Assembly: GCA_964016885.1 (NCBI GenBank)
Contig: OZ024758.1
Span: forward strand, 21,390,001 to 21,454,000
Reading direction: 5' to 3'
Source: Eledone cirrhosa
Lineage: Eukaryota
Length of the DNA stretch: 64,000 bases
A program made the position numbers and the translations under genes. How positions within the stretch are numbered: the stretch's first letter is position 1; every line of letters begins with the position of its first letter. Of this stretch, positions 27,574-39,107 are shown piece by piece. Under the pieces are notes generated by a model that made no database searches, was not told the DNA's origin, and saw nothing but the letters and a program-made list of their open reading frames with translations.

Positions 27574-27683
27574 AAATAAGTTTTGAGTAGTAGAGTTGAT
27601 TTAATCAACGTTTTCCTCGTATATATATATATATATACGAGGAAAACGTTGATTAAATCAACTCTACTACTCAAAACTTATTT
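27574..27683. repeat. Perfect 110-bp palindrome centred on (AT)8
   Basis: 47-bp arms are exact reverse complements; the right arm continues into a decayed long-form SINE-A (to ~27780). Confidence 0.95.
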
Positions 27684-28369
27684 TGATTTTATTGACACCA
27701 AAGCCGGGATTTGAAATCAGAATCTAAAGTGATAGGCCAACTATTTATCCGAAGATCAACACATTCTACCAATATACCACACTTACTATTTAACCATATT
27801 AATCATCTAGTCCAGTCAAGGGCGGTACTGTCGAAGGTTTTTCTTTTCTTTTTCGTCTTCAAGAACTATATACTCAACTTAGACTATATTTCATAGTGAA
27901 ACAGTATTGATGCTTCTTTCAAATTCAAACTTCCTTTCGCTCAAAGACTCTAAAAATAGATTCTATGAATTAGATGTGTTTGATCCGTTGGAATATGGTG
28001 CGAGAAGTAGATTGAAAGAATCTTGTCGATTCCATTTTCTTCAGGTTCCAGACTATTCACATGGAGATTGGTCAAATTTATTCTAAGATCTGAAGAAGTG
28101 AATATGATGCGTATATTTTCTTCTGAATGTATTCTGTGTTAGTTCTATATAATTATTTCAATACCAGCTATAGATGCAATTTGATATCTATACGCAATGC
28201 TTTAGGGAAACATTTACAATTATGTTGCCAAGACGTGACGTTACTGAAATTGAATTCTGGCGAATGGTTAGATGTATTACATGTAGGATAACTTTTAGTT
28301 ATTAGAGATTATTTAGTTAAGTGTGTTTTCCAGGAAACCGAAGCTATATTTTAAAATAATCATATACAG

Positions 28370-28935
28370 CTAAAGTCCCCAACCTACGCGCCGCGGACAG
28401 GTACCGCTCCATGAACCATTTGCTACCGGGCCGCAGAGAAATAATTTTCTTGTTTAAAATTATATTATAGATAAATTAAAATTATATTATAGATAAATTA
28501 AATATTGGACTTTAATTTAAACAGATTTACATCAGATTCGAAAGATTATACACTTTCACTTCCCTTTAATAAATTGCTCTTTTTATTATTCCTCTCTTTA
28601 TGAGGCCGGTGGATTGGCAGTATCGGTAGAGGGTCGGACAACCTGCTTTGCAGCATAGAGTTTTGGTCCTTTACGGTCTGAGTTCAAATCCCTCCGAGGG
28701 TAACTTTGCCTTTCATCCTTTCGGGGTCGATAAAATAAAGCACCAGTAACGTACTGGGTCCATTTAATCGATTTTTCCCCTCTCTCAAATTACTGGCCTT
28801 GTGCCTATACTAAAAATCATTATTGCGCTCTTCATCGAAAAGCACTAAAATAACAGATGTGTGCCACTCCCGATCCGCGGAAAAACTGTCCGCCATGAAG
28901 ACCATCCCTGGTATAAAAACGGTTGGAGAGCATTG
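28370..28935 (+). mobile_element. hAT/Charlie (MER1-like) MITE, interrupted by SINE-A
   Basis: Left end GTCCCCAACC..GCCGCGGACAGGTACCGCTCCATG..ACCGGGCCGCA; right end CCGATCCGCGGAAAAACTGTC..CCATGAAGACCATCCCTGGT..AAAAACGGTTGGAGAGCATTG. Confidence 0.75.
28604..28824 (+). mobile_element. SINE-A long form
   Basis: A-box TGGCAGTATCGG, B-box GAGTTCAAATCC, GCCTTTCATCCTTTCGGGGTCGATAAAATAAAG core, extra GGTCCATTTAATCGATTTTTCCCC segment. Confidence 0.9.
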
Positions 28936-28937
28936 AT

Positions 28938-29128
28938 ATAATTGTTTCTACTTTTGGGACAAGGCCAGCAATTATACCCAGGACATTAGTGGTACTTTAT
29001 TTTATCGACCCCGTAAGGAGGAAAGGCAAAGTCAACCTCGGCGGGATTTGAACTCAGATCGTAAAGGGACGTAACTATGCTACAAAGCATGGCGTCCGAC
29101 CCTCTACCGATACTGCTAATCCACCGCC
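28938..29128 (-). mobile_element. SINE-A short form
   Basis: Consensus match, full length. Confidence 0.92.
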
Positions 29129-29369
29129 CTGATTTTAATGTACGCATGATAGCACGGTTAGTCTAAAAACGTTTTTAATTAGTGACATGACATTTCTAGA
29201 TACATTAGAAGGGGGAGGATTGAAAACCTACAAAGACTGTCAACTGAGTAATCCATCCGTTACGGTTATAAAAGTAATTTGTAAATATTTTATAAACAAC
29301 AGTGTGAGTGTGTGTTCAGATCCAGGCATAAAGGGACTAAACTCCTACTGTCATTGCCTCAGTGAGGTG

Positions 29370-29482
29370 GTGTCTGTGAAGTATATACCTATATACCATA
29401 TTCGAACACAAAAGAACCGAAATCCAACTGTCACTGCCTATGTATCTCTCGCTCTCCCCATTTCTCACTATTATGAGCAAAT
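29370..29482 (+). repeat. Unclassified dispersed repeat, family E (partial)
   Basis: Aligns with 53531-53735 and 41411-41656(-): TCTGTGAA..(TA)n..CGAAC(A/T)CAAA..ACC..ACTGTCAC..CTATTATGAGCAAAT. Confidence 0.7.
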
Positions 29483-30195
29483 CACTATTACGGGCATATC
29501 GAGGCTCCTTCGCTGTGAACCCTTGTTTATTTGGCCAACTAGTGTTTTGGCGTTATTTACAATTATTTTATTTGTTCATCAGAACACCTAATTTTCAATA
29601 TAAACCACAGTAAAATAAATTATGTTAATGCTGGGTATTAGATTCGATATTCTGATGTTCCTTACGAGAGGATGACTGAATTTTCTATATCAATATAATA
29701 TATATTTGTTTCGATTTGTATACGCCTACTTGATAGTGTGATTTGTAAATTATTTATCAATTCTTGAGTTTGTTATGATACAGTAGAAGCCACCTGCCCA
29801 AGGTAGCAAGCACTGGGACCGAACGTATACCTGATATTTGTACTTCTTAACCCCTCTGATATATATATATCTATCTTCTCTGCATCTCCTCAAAGTTTTT
29901 TAAATATACTGCTGTTGCTTTTAAGTTCTCCAATATCTGTCGCTTGTCACATTTTCTGTTAACTCCTTCCCCTCCTCCTCCTTATTTTTCCCTAATCTTT
30001 ATTTATTTATTCTTCAACCCCATTTGACATTTCCTTTCTCTCCAGCGAAAGGATTTGTGCGCAGCATGTCACTTTTCTGCTCCCTCGCTGCTTAAAACCT
30101 ATTCCATTGTTTAAATATATACATGACATTTTATGGACGGGGATCAAAAGTAGTTGTCCCGATTGCTATTGTTTTACTGTCTTGGATTGAAATCT

Positions 30196-30711
30196 CTGGA
30201 AATTTCCAAAGTAAACCAATTTACATGGGACCAAAAAATGTTAGTACCTGTCCTATAAGAAATAGATAGAGAGTGCCATAGCTTAGGATTCACAGCAACG
30301 TAGCACTTCACATTTAAACCCGAGCGTTAGTGTTTAAACATTTAGTGTTTAATCATTTAGAATAACCATAGCTGGAAATGTCCAAAGTAAATCAATTTAC
30401 ATGGGACCAAAAAATGTTAGTACCTGTCCTATAAGAAATAGATAGATAGTGCCATAGCTTAGGATTCACAGCAACGTAGCACTTCACATTTAAACCCGAG
30501 CGTTAGTGTTTAAACATTTAGTGTTTAATCATTTAGAATAACCATAGCTGGAAATGTCCAAAGTAAATCAATTTACATGGGACCAAAAAATGTTAGTACC
30601 TGTCCTATAAGAAATAGATAGATAGTGTCATAGCTTAGGATTCACAGCAACGTATCACTTCATATTTAAACCCGAGGGTTAGTGTTTAATCATTTAGAAG
30701 ACCCATAGCTG
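30196..30711. repeat. Tandem repeat, 176-bp unit x3
   Basis: Units start at 30196, 30372 and 30548; near-identical; the third lacks one copy of the internal TTAGTGTTTAA(A/T)CAT repeat. Confidence 0.95.
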
Positions 30712-30798
30712 TAACGGAAGTTTTATTAGGTAAAGTCCAAATCCACGAACGAAACAATATAAGTATTTTCCGTCTTATATATATATATATATATATAT

Positions 30799-31006
30799 AT
30801 AGGAACAAGTAAGACCCCGACGGCTGAGCTCAAGCCGTTTCGACGGCTAATTCTGTACTGAAAGAATTCAGTACAGAATTAGCCGTCGAAACGGCTTCAG
30901 CTCAGCCGTCGGGGTCTTACTTGTTCCTATTACCCACTCTACTACCCTAAGTATTGAGTACTTTGGTGCGTTATGGTCCGCCTGGTTCCTTACCACTTTT
31001 CCTTCG

Positions 31007-31008
<2 letters not shown>
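30799..31008 (+). mobile_element. Palindrome-head (TA)n-embedded element, family P2
   Basis: 64-bp arms 30799-30862 / 30867-30930 (1 mismatch), 78-bp tail; contains GAAACGGCT...AGCCGTC hammerhead-like stem III; twin at 55063. Confidence 0.85.
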
Positions 31009-31088
<80 letters not shown>

Positions 31089-31089
<1 letters not shown>

Positions 31090-31300
31090 AGGCGCTTGGC
31101 TGAGAATTGGAGTCGCAATCCTGAGGTTGTGAGTTCGATTCCTGGACTGAGTGATGCGTTATGTTCTTGAGCAAGACACTTTATTTCACGTTGCTCCTTC
31201 TACCAGGAGTTGCGACCTATAGAGAGTATTTGCAATTGGAAAGACCAATGGAAATATTGTTTCCTCCTCGGTCCGATTTGAGGAAAGTCGATCGGTTTCT
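31089..31300 (+). mobile_element. tRNA-derived SINE family B
   Basis: B-box GAGTTCGATTCC; TGTTCTTGAGCAAGACACTTTATTTCACGTTGCTCC core. Confidence 0.8.
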
Positions 31301-31309
31301 ATCTTTATA

Positions 31310-31856
31310 CGAGGGTCGGCTGAAATGTTCATAGGGCCAAAGTTCATAGGATGACCAAATGAGGTTTATTTTTCGACAGTCCCTGAATAGCATCACTCGT
31401 TCGTAGGCTGACTAAATTGCTCTCATGGAATGATCAAAGGAAGTTTATTTTTCGATAGAGCCACTGGAAGAAAATAATGCAGTTATTAAGAAGAGGTGAA
31501 AAGAATGCATGCAAGATTTCAGAGCTCTAGCATCACTTCTTCACAGCCAGATCAAGATAAACTCATGGAATCACCAAATGAGGTTTATTTTTCAACATAT
31601 TCCATAAGAAAACAATGCCGTTATTAATAAGAAGAGTTGAAACTAATACATGCAAGATTTCACAGCTCTAGCATCACTCCTTCGAATGCTGACTAAAATG
31701 CTCTCCTGGAATGATCAAAGGAAGTTTATTTTTCGATATGATCACTGGAAGGAAATAATGCAGTTATTCAAAAGAAGAGAAGAAAGTAATTCATGCAAGA
31801 TTTCAGAGCTCAAGCATCACTCCATTTCAAGTTATGAACTGTTCAGCCCACCCTTG
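31310..31856. mobile_element. Tc1/mariner-type MITE with internal ~145-bp tandem repeats
   Basis: 25-bp TIR CGAGGGTCGGCTGAAATGTTCATAG / TTATGAACTGTTCAGCCCACCCTTG (20/25), TA on both sides; related end fragment at 42788-42905. Confidence 0.85.
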
Positions 31857-32463
31857 TATGTATATATATTCATGTTATGAATTATTTTACATAAATGTCA
31901 TTCTCTATGCATGAGGTTGCTCAATAATGATAGAAATTATTTTCGCAATTCAAAAAGTACCAACAAGTTATTCAGTAGCATGTTCTGTAATAAAATGTAT
32001 TCTATTGTCATTACAATCTGATTGTAAATCATCGCAACAGTGTTCAGAATTTGTATGAAGGGAGCTATGCTTTGGAAACATCAATTATTGTTTTTCATTC
32101 AATGTGCTACATTAGGATATTAAATATTTAAACGAATTGAAGTTTACACCCACACACTGTGTTGAAATATGGCCTTGCAAGCCAGTCAACTTAAAAGCTA
32201 TTCATACCGGTGTATGCTAATTGTCAAATGCATTTAGATAACACCTTGCACTATCCTTCTTCTATATTTTAGACGGGCAGGAGAGTTGTATCTAAAATAC
32301 ATAGCATCTGTTGTTTTAGTACGATTTAAATGGTTACTAGTGTACTAATATAACAGTTATGCACTCCAGATCTGACAAGTTTCTTAATTTTTTTTCTGCC
32401 TAGATAACACATTTTTCTCTATCAGAATACCCTTCCTACATCCCTAGTCATAAAGAATAATAT

Positions 32464-32557
32464 CAGACCTGCCAACCTCTAAAAACCCAAACTGGAAGTA
32501 GCATGAAAAGAGAGCCGGAAAACAGGAAGACATGGGGCAAAATGGAGAGATTTTACA
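32464..32557 (+). mobile_element. MITE family F left half
   Basis: CAGACCTGCCAACCTCTAAAAACCCAAAC...; interrupted by SINE-A. Confidence 0.75.
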
Positions 32558-32735
32558 TACTTGTTTCTGCGTTTTGGCACAAGGCCAGCAATTATCCAGT
32601 ACATTACTGATACTTTATTTTATCGACTCCGTAAGGATGAAGGACAAAGTTAATCTCGACAGGATTTGAACTCAGACCGTAAAGGGGGGTAACTATTCTA
32701 GACAGCATGGCGTCCAACCCTCTTCTGATACTGCC
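32558..32735 (-). mobile_element. SINE-A short form inside MITE F
   Basis: Consensus match, moderately diverged. Confidence 0.88.
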
Positions 32736-33283
32736 TACACAAGTATGTATAATTGTTGATTTCTCCTAATATGTCTTCGACAATCAGTTGTGCATTATTC
32801 CTTCAGAAGAAAGAAATCTCGAATTACGATAATCCACATCTTATTGACGCATGTCACTGCATTAATAGCGAGTGATTTTCAATTCTCTAAATATTACAGG
32901 TTCGTGACTCATTGAATTAGAGTAGCTATCATCACAGATACCCCATGTTATAGTAGGATGATTCGATCGTTTGTTCATCAATTTCCAGATGAAATGGGAA
33001 ACGAATTTGTCGATTTCATTTTGCTCATTAAACTATTATACTCTAGTTGCTGATAGAATATTTTAGAAATGTTCATACTGTTATCACCTGAAATTTCTAT
33101 CGACACGTCGTGTACAAGGGCTTTTTTTATTAAATCAAGAATGGGTAGAAATAAAATTCAGGTGAATAACGAGGTAGGGAGGGTTTAACAATAACACACC
33201 TGATGTTGTGTTCGGGCCTCAGTGAGTGCGTTGTGGACAGTTGTTCGTGATATTGAAAGCCGCCTAATAGCTGGCAAGGATAG

Positions 33284-33375
33284 CTTCTTCTTATTCTTCC
33301 TCGGCCACTTATTCCTGAGAGGGTCGTAGGGGAGGCAGAGTCCTCAAACACTCCTTCAAGCACATCCTGTCAGTT
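33284..33375 (-). mobile_element. RTE LINE extreme 3' fragment
   Basis: CTTATTCCTGAGAGGGTCGTAGGGG...ACACTCC...TCCTGTCAG matches 61811-61875; (CTT)n tail. Confidence 0.65.
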
Positions 33376-33448
33376 TGGTTGGTGGGAGCAGAATATCGGG
33401 TATTAAAATTGTCAGTAGACAGTTTTGTCGTACATACATGTATGTCGT

Positions 33449-33685
33449 GGAGGCACGTGGCGTACTGGTAAGGGTGTTGGACTTTCGATCATAATGTCGC
33501 GGGTTCGATTCCTCGATTGCGTTTTGTATTCTTGAGCAAAATATTTCCTTTCATGCTGCTCCAGTATACTCAGCTGAAAATGAGTACCAGCAATAGCTGG
33601 GGGTGTAACCCTGCGATGAACTGGTGTCCTGTCCAGGGTGATTAAGCACCGGCCAAATGAGTCTTTTGGCTTAAGACAGACTTTA
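33449..33685 (+). mobile_element. tRNA-derived SINE with Meta/V-like domain
   Basis: A-box TGGCGTACTGG, B-box GGTTCGATTCC, CTCAGCTGAAAATGAGTACCAGC and GGGGTGTAACCCTGCGATGAACTGGTGTCCTGTCCAGGG. Confidence 0.75.
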
Positions 33686-35609
33686 GATGTTTTAAACTTC
33701 TGTGGCACAGTGTGTATGCGCATGTGTGCATGTGCGTGCGTGTGCGTACACATGTGAGTGCGTGACTGTTGGTATGTATATATGTATGTGTGTATAGATC
33801 TATCACAAACTATAACCTTTGAGCAGGCCAAATAGACATTGGCACGGAAATAAGTATATATATCTCACTGTATTGGTTTAATCATCACGAAAATTTCCAG
33901 ACACTTCTGTCATAATATTGTCAGTAATACGAACAAGTCTATGATGGAATCTAACTCTTTTTTGTTACTTTAATCAAATGTGAATGAATTTCTAGAACAT
34001 CAGAATTAATTTAAATGACCCGACTTGAGAAATACGAAATGCCGAAGATAGTCAAGTCACAAAGTAAAAATCTATTTTCGTTTTTTACTCTCTTGGAAAT
34101 TACATTTACTATTATTTCCTGGCCGACAATCAAGTAGATTAATGGGACAAAAAAGTCCATCAATTCTAAATTGAAAACGTAATATATTTTCATGTTGTAT
34201 GTGAGTTCTACGGATGTCATTGTAGAGGAGTCTGAAAGGATAATGTATGTATATATGTATGTGTCAAATAGCAGTGAGGTTTCTACATAGATATTATGAA
34301 AAGCACATATGCATATATACGTATATACGTATATACATCTAAGAGCTCACAGAATTTTAGAATATGGCATTGAACTATGATACATATTTCGTCAGGCACA
34401 TTAACACTACAAGTGCGTAGGTAGGATAGGTATTATAAATCATGGGTTTCCTTGTAGACTTAACACTTCATTATTTTATAGGTCACTACAAAAGCCAATA
34501 TGGTTCCATGGAGTGTACTGGTCCCGTAGTGTTACATACATTGTCATGCTGATTCTACCCCGCAAGGAGAACCAATCCATTTTGCTATATCTCGCTGCTT
34601 TAACTGATTTCCATTTGCATATTTGCATATAAGCAGAGCTCTTACACTAATGGTGTGCCGGGCTATTGCATTCTCACCTTTTTACTCTGATCGTATGACT
34701 GGCTGTGAACTGAAGCTTAGTAAAATCTCATAAAATACACACATTATTCCACTTTGAGATTTTAATTCCTTTATGCATTTCTGGTCATGCTTTGCATTAT
34801 TTGCCGTATTTTTCGTTTATTTTACTATTTATTTTCTGGATAACTATATTTTATATATTTTCTTTTTTATTATTTCTCATTAATTACTATTTTGCATTTA
34901 ATTAACAATTGCAGAATTTCAATGAGTAATGCGTCATCTCTTAAACATTATTGCTCACACACACACAGACACAGACACATACATATGTATGTATATATAT
35001 ATATTGCTTTTAGTATTCCTCTAATATTTTAGCAAGTATTGTAAAAGAATTTAATGATTTCTGCATTGTGCAAGATAAAATCACAATATTGCCTGAACAG
35101 AATTATTTCTGCTTTCATATTCAGCTATAATATATTTTTTTTAAATTTGATCCGGGGGTACGGTTTATGTTATCGTATTAGGTTTAATATTTCAAATCGT
35201 CCACAAATTGATTTTCAGAGGCATTTTGACCTTCTGATTGCTTGAGATTATAAATTTTAATCTATTGCTTCACGCTAGAGCTTAGCCAAAACCAGATTGT
35301 GAATGTTATCTTTATTACATTTATGAAAATTGAAGGTGATGGTTGGACGCTCTGGGGTTTGTATATTTAAAGGAAAGTTATGTATTGAGATCCTTGTGGT
35401 GAAACTATATCGACGTAAGATGTTGTGCTATAAATAATAATATTGAGACTTGGTGCAGTCGTACCAAGATTTTTGCCCACACAAATGTTGATCCTAATGG
35501 AAGAAGCGAAGCTGGAAGTGGCATATACTCCAGTCGCCACCTGGCGAGGATACCTTTAATACCGTGTATGCTTTCATATACATCCCCCCCCCCATAATAG
35601 TATGATAAA

Positions 35610-36606
<997 letters not shown>

Positions 36607-37235
36607 TAACAAACAACATATGATAAACAGAATCAAATAAAATGACAGTATTATTTCCATTTTCCTGAGGCTATCAATAGGTTAAATCAAAGGACGACGT
36701 GAAAGAGTTCCAGTCAAAACCGGAAGGCGACATTTTGTCTTGTCGGCAAATTAGTTTGGCTATTCTATAACTTTTACAATATCGACTATGATATTAATAA
36801 AAAAAAATATATGTATATAGCGTGGATAAATTATACAATTGAAAATGAAATATCAAAATGTAATTGGAAATTCACATTATATGAAATACTTCTATGTGAA
36901 AAAGATATGAATATATATATATATGAAATATAAACAAAATATATCAATGAATAATAGCCTGTACCACAAATGTATTTTATTTATTCTGTTAATTGTTTGA
37001 ATTATATGTTATCAAAACATCAAACTCTGAAACTTCGCCTCTTACACACACACACACGCACACGCACACACGCACACGCACACACACACACACATATATA
37101 TATATAAATAAATATATATATATATATATTACAAACACAGATCGAACCTTAAGCTGATCAATCTTGAAACGGGAGTCACACGTCAATATATGTAATGAAA
37201 AGTTAAAAATTCGTCCATATTATATATATATATAT

Positions 37236-37770
37236 ATAATTGTTTCTACTTTTAGGCACAAGGCCAGCAAATAACCAGTATATTACTGGTACTTTATTTT
37301 ATCGACCCCGTAAGGATGAAAGGCAAAGTTAACCTCGGCGGGATTTGAACTCAGACTGTAAAGGGACGTAACTATGCTAGAAAGCATGACGTCCAACCCT
37401 CTACCGATACTGCCAATTCACCGCCATATATATAATTGTTTCTACTTTTGGCACAAGGCCAGCAATTACACAGTACATAACTGGTACTTTATTTTATCGA
37501 CCCCGTAAGGACGAAAGGCAAAGTTAACCTCGGCGGGATTTGAACTCAGAATGATAAGGGCCGTAACTCTCTCTATATATATAATTGTTTCTACTTTAGG
37601 CACAAGGCCAGCAAATTCACCAGTACATTACTGGTACTTTATGTTATCGACCCCGTAAGGATGAAAGGCAAAGTCAACCTCGACGGGATTTGAACTCAGA
37701 CCGTAAAGGGACGTAATTATGCTGGAAAGCATGACGTCCGACTCTCTACCGATACTGCCAATCCACCGCC
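37236..37770 (-). mobile_element. Three tandem SINE-A copies (37236-37425, 37432-37570 5'-truncated, 37581-37770)
   Basis: Same orientation; TSD-like CCATATATATAAT and CTCTATATATATAAT at the junctions. Confidence 0.92.
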
Positions 37771-38398
37771 CTCTATATATATATAATAACAGCATTTAAG
37801 ATTAAGAAGTGCTGCGAAATTCAATTTGGTGGGTTGCGGGAGGGGGGTCCAGATAAACATGTTTTGACCTTACATACAACATTTTCTGTCTTATTTGTTA
37901 GGCCTAGGGGTGATGGATGTATGGTATGTCAAAACCTCATGAAGGGTAATGATAGAAAACGGTTAAGGAGCACTCTTCTAGAGAGTCCTAAAAGCTACAT
38001 TTTACTGTATAAACTTCCGTATTTTAAAAGACCTGATGTGGAAGATATCAAACTTTGCGAAGCAGTTTATACAGATAATCTGATGAAGTCTTCTGTCTGG
38101 AATCTAGTCTATTAAACAATGCAGTACAATCGGAAATTGTTCAATGCTATACGAATATTTCTATAGTGAAATTGTTTAAAATAAATCCTATATATCTAAA
38201 CATAGAGAGATGACTTGCAGAATGTCCTCAGCTGCTTTGCTATTCATAGCAGTAGACAGAAGTTTGAGTGAACCTAATATATCTTTACGCATTATGAATT
38301 CATGTAAATAAATAAATGACAGTGAAAAAACTTTTATGATGTTCGATTAACATATTTTACTATTACTTCTTCAAATCCAAATAAACGAATTCAGATAG

Positions 38399-38479
38399 AA
38401 TGCTTTGCGGTATTTATTTAGGCCCTCTGGTTTCTGAGTTCAAATCCCAGCGAAGTTAAATTTGTCTTTTATCCTTTCA
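38399..38479 (+). mobile_element. SINE-A fragment, decayed
   Basis: CTGAGTTCAAATCCCAGCGAAGTTAAATTTGTCTTTTATCCTTTC. Confidence 0.65.
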
Positions 38480-38546
38480 ATGATTGCTTCTCCTCTTTTT
38501 CCTTTTTTTTTTTTTTTGGCAAAGAAAGTACGTGTGTGTTTATTTG

Positions 38547-38591
<45 letters not shown>

Positions 38592-38597
<6 letters not shown>

Positions 38598-38698
38598 GTT
38601 TTTTCTTTGGCACAAGGCCAACAATTATTCAAGTGTATTACTGGTAATTAATTTATCGACCCCGTAAGGATGAGAGGCAAAGTTAACCTCGGCCGGGA
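38592..38698 (-). mobile_element. SINE-A, 5'-truncated, in (TA)n
   Basis: Tail and core match; stops at the B-box. Confidence 0.85.
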
Positions 38699-38765
38699 CG
38701 AATGGTTGCTCCTTCATTACGTTTATTGGTTGGTGACGCGCGTTTTGCTACTGATCAGCTCAAGG

Positions 38766-38834
<69 letters not shown>

Positions 38835-38846
38835 TCAGAGAGAGAG

Positions 38847-39046
38847 ATCAGGAGATTCAACTAGTATTAAACTAGTTAGATTATTATTCAACAGAGTACT
38901 CGATACGTGGGATACTAGAGTGTAACTGTATTAGAAAAAGTGGGGACACATCGGCTGAGCTTTTACCGTTTCAACACCCATTTCCAGTCTAGAATTAGAT
39001 GTTGAAACGGCAATAGCTCATCCGGCCCCTTCTAATAAACACACTC
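38847..39046 (-). mobile_element. Diverged palindrome-head element, P2-related
   Basis: CGGCTGAGC..CCGTTTCAACA / TGTTGAAACGG..AGCTCATCCG arms; minus-strand tail ACTCTAGTATCCCACGTATCGAGTACTCTG; microsatellite flanks. Confidence 0.65.

Positions 39047-39107
<61 letters not shown>

Noticed and set aside
37790-37980. Possible hAT right end (AAAACGGTTAAGGAGCACTC)
   Set aside because: Weak single-end similarity, no partner TIR or TSD
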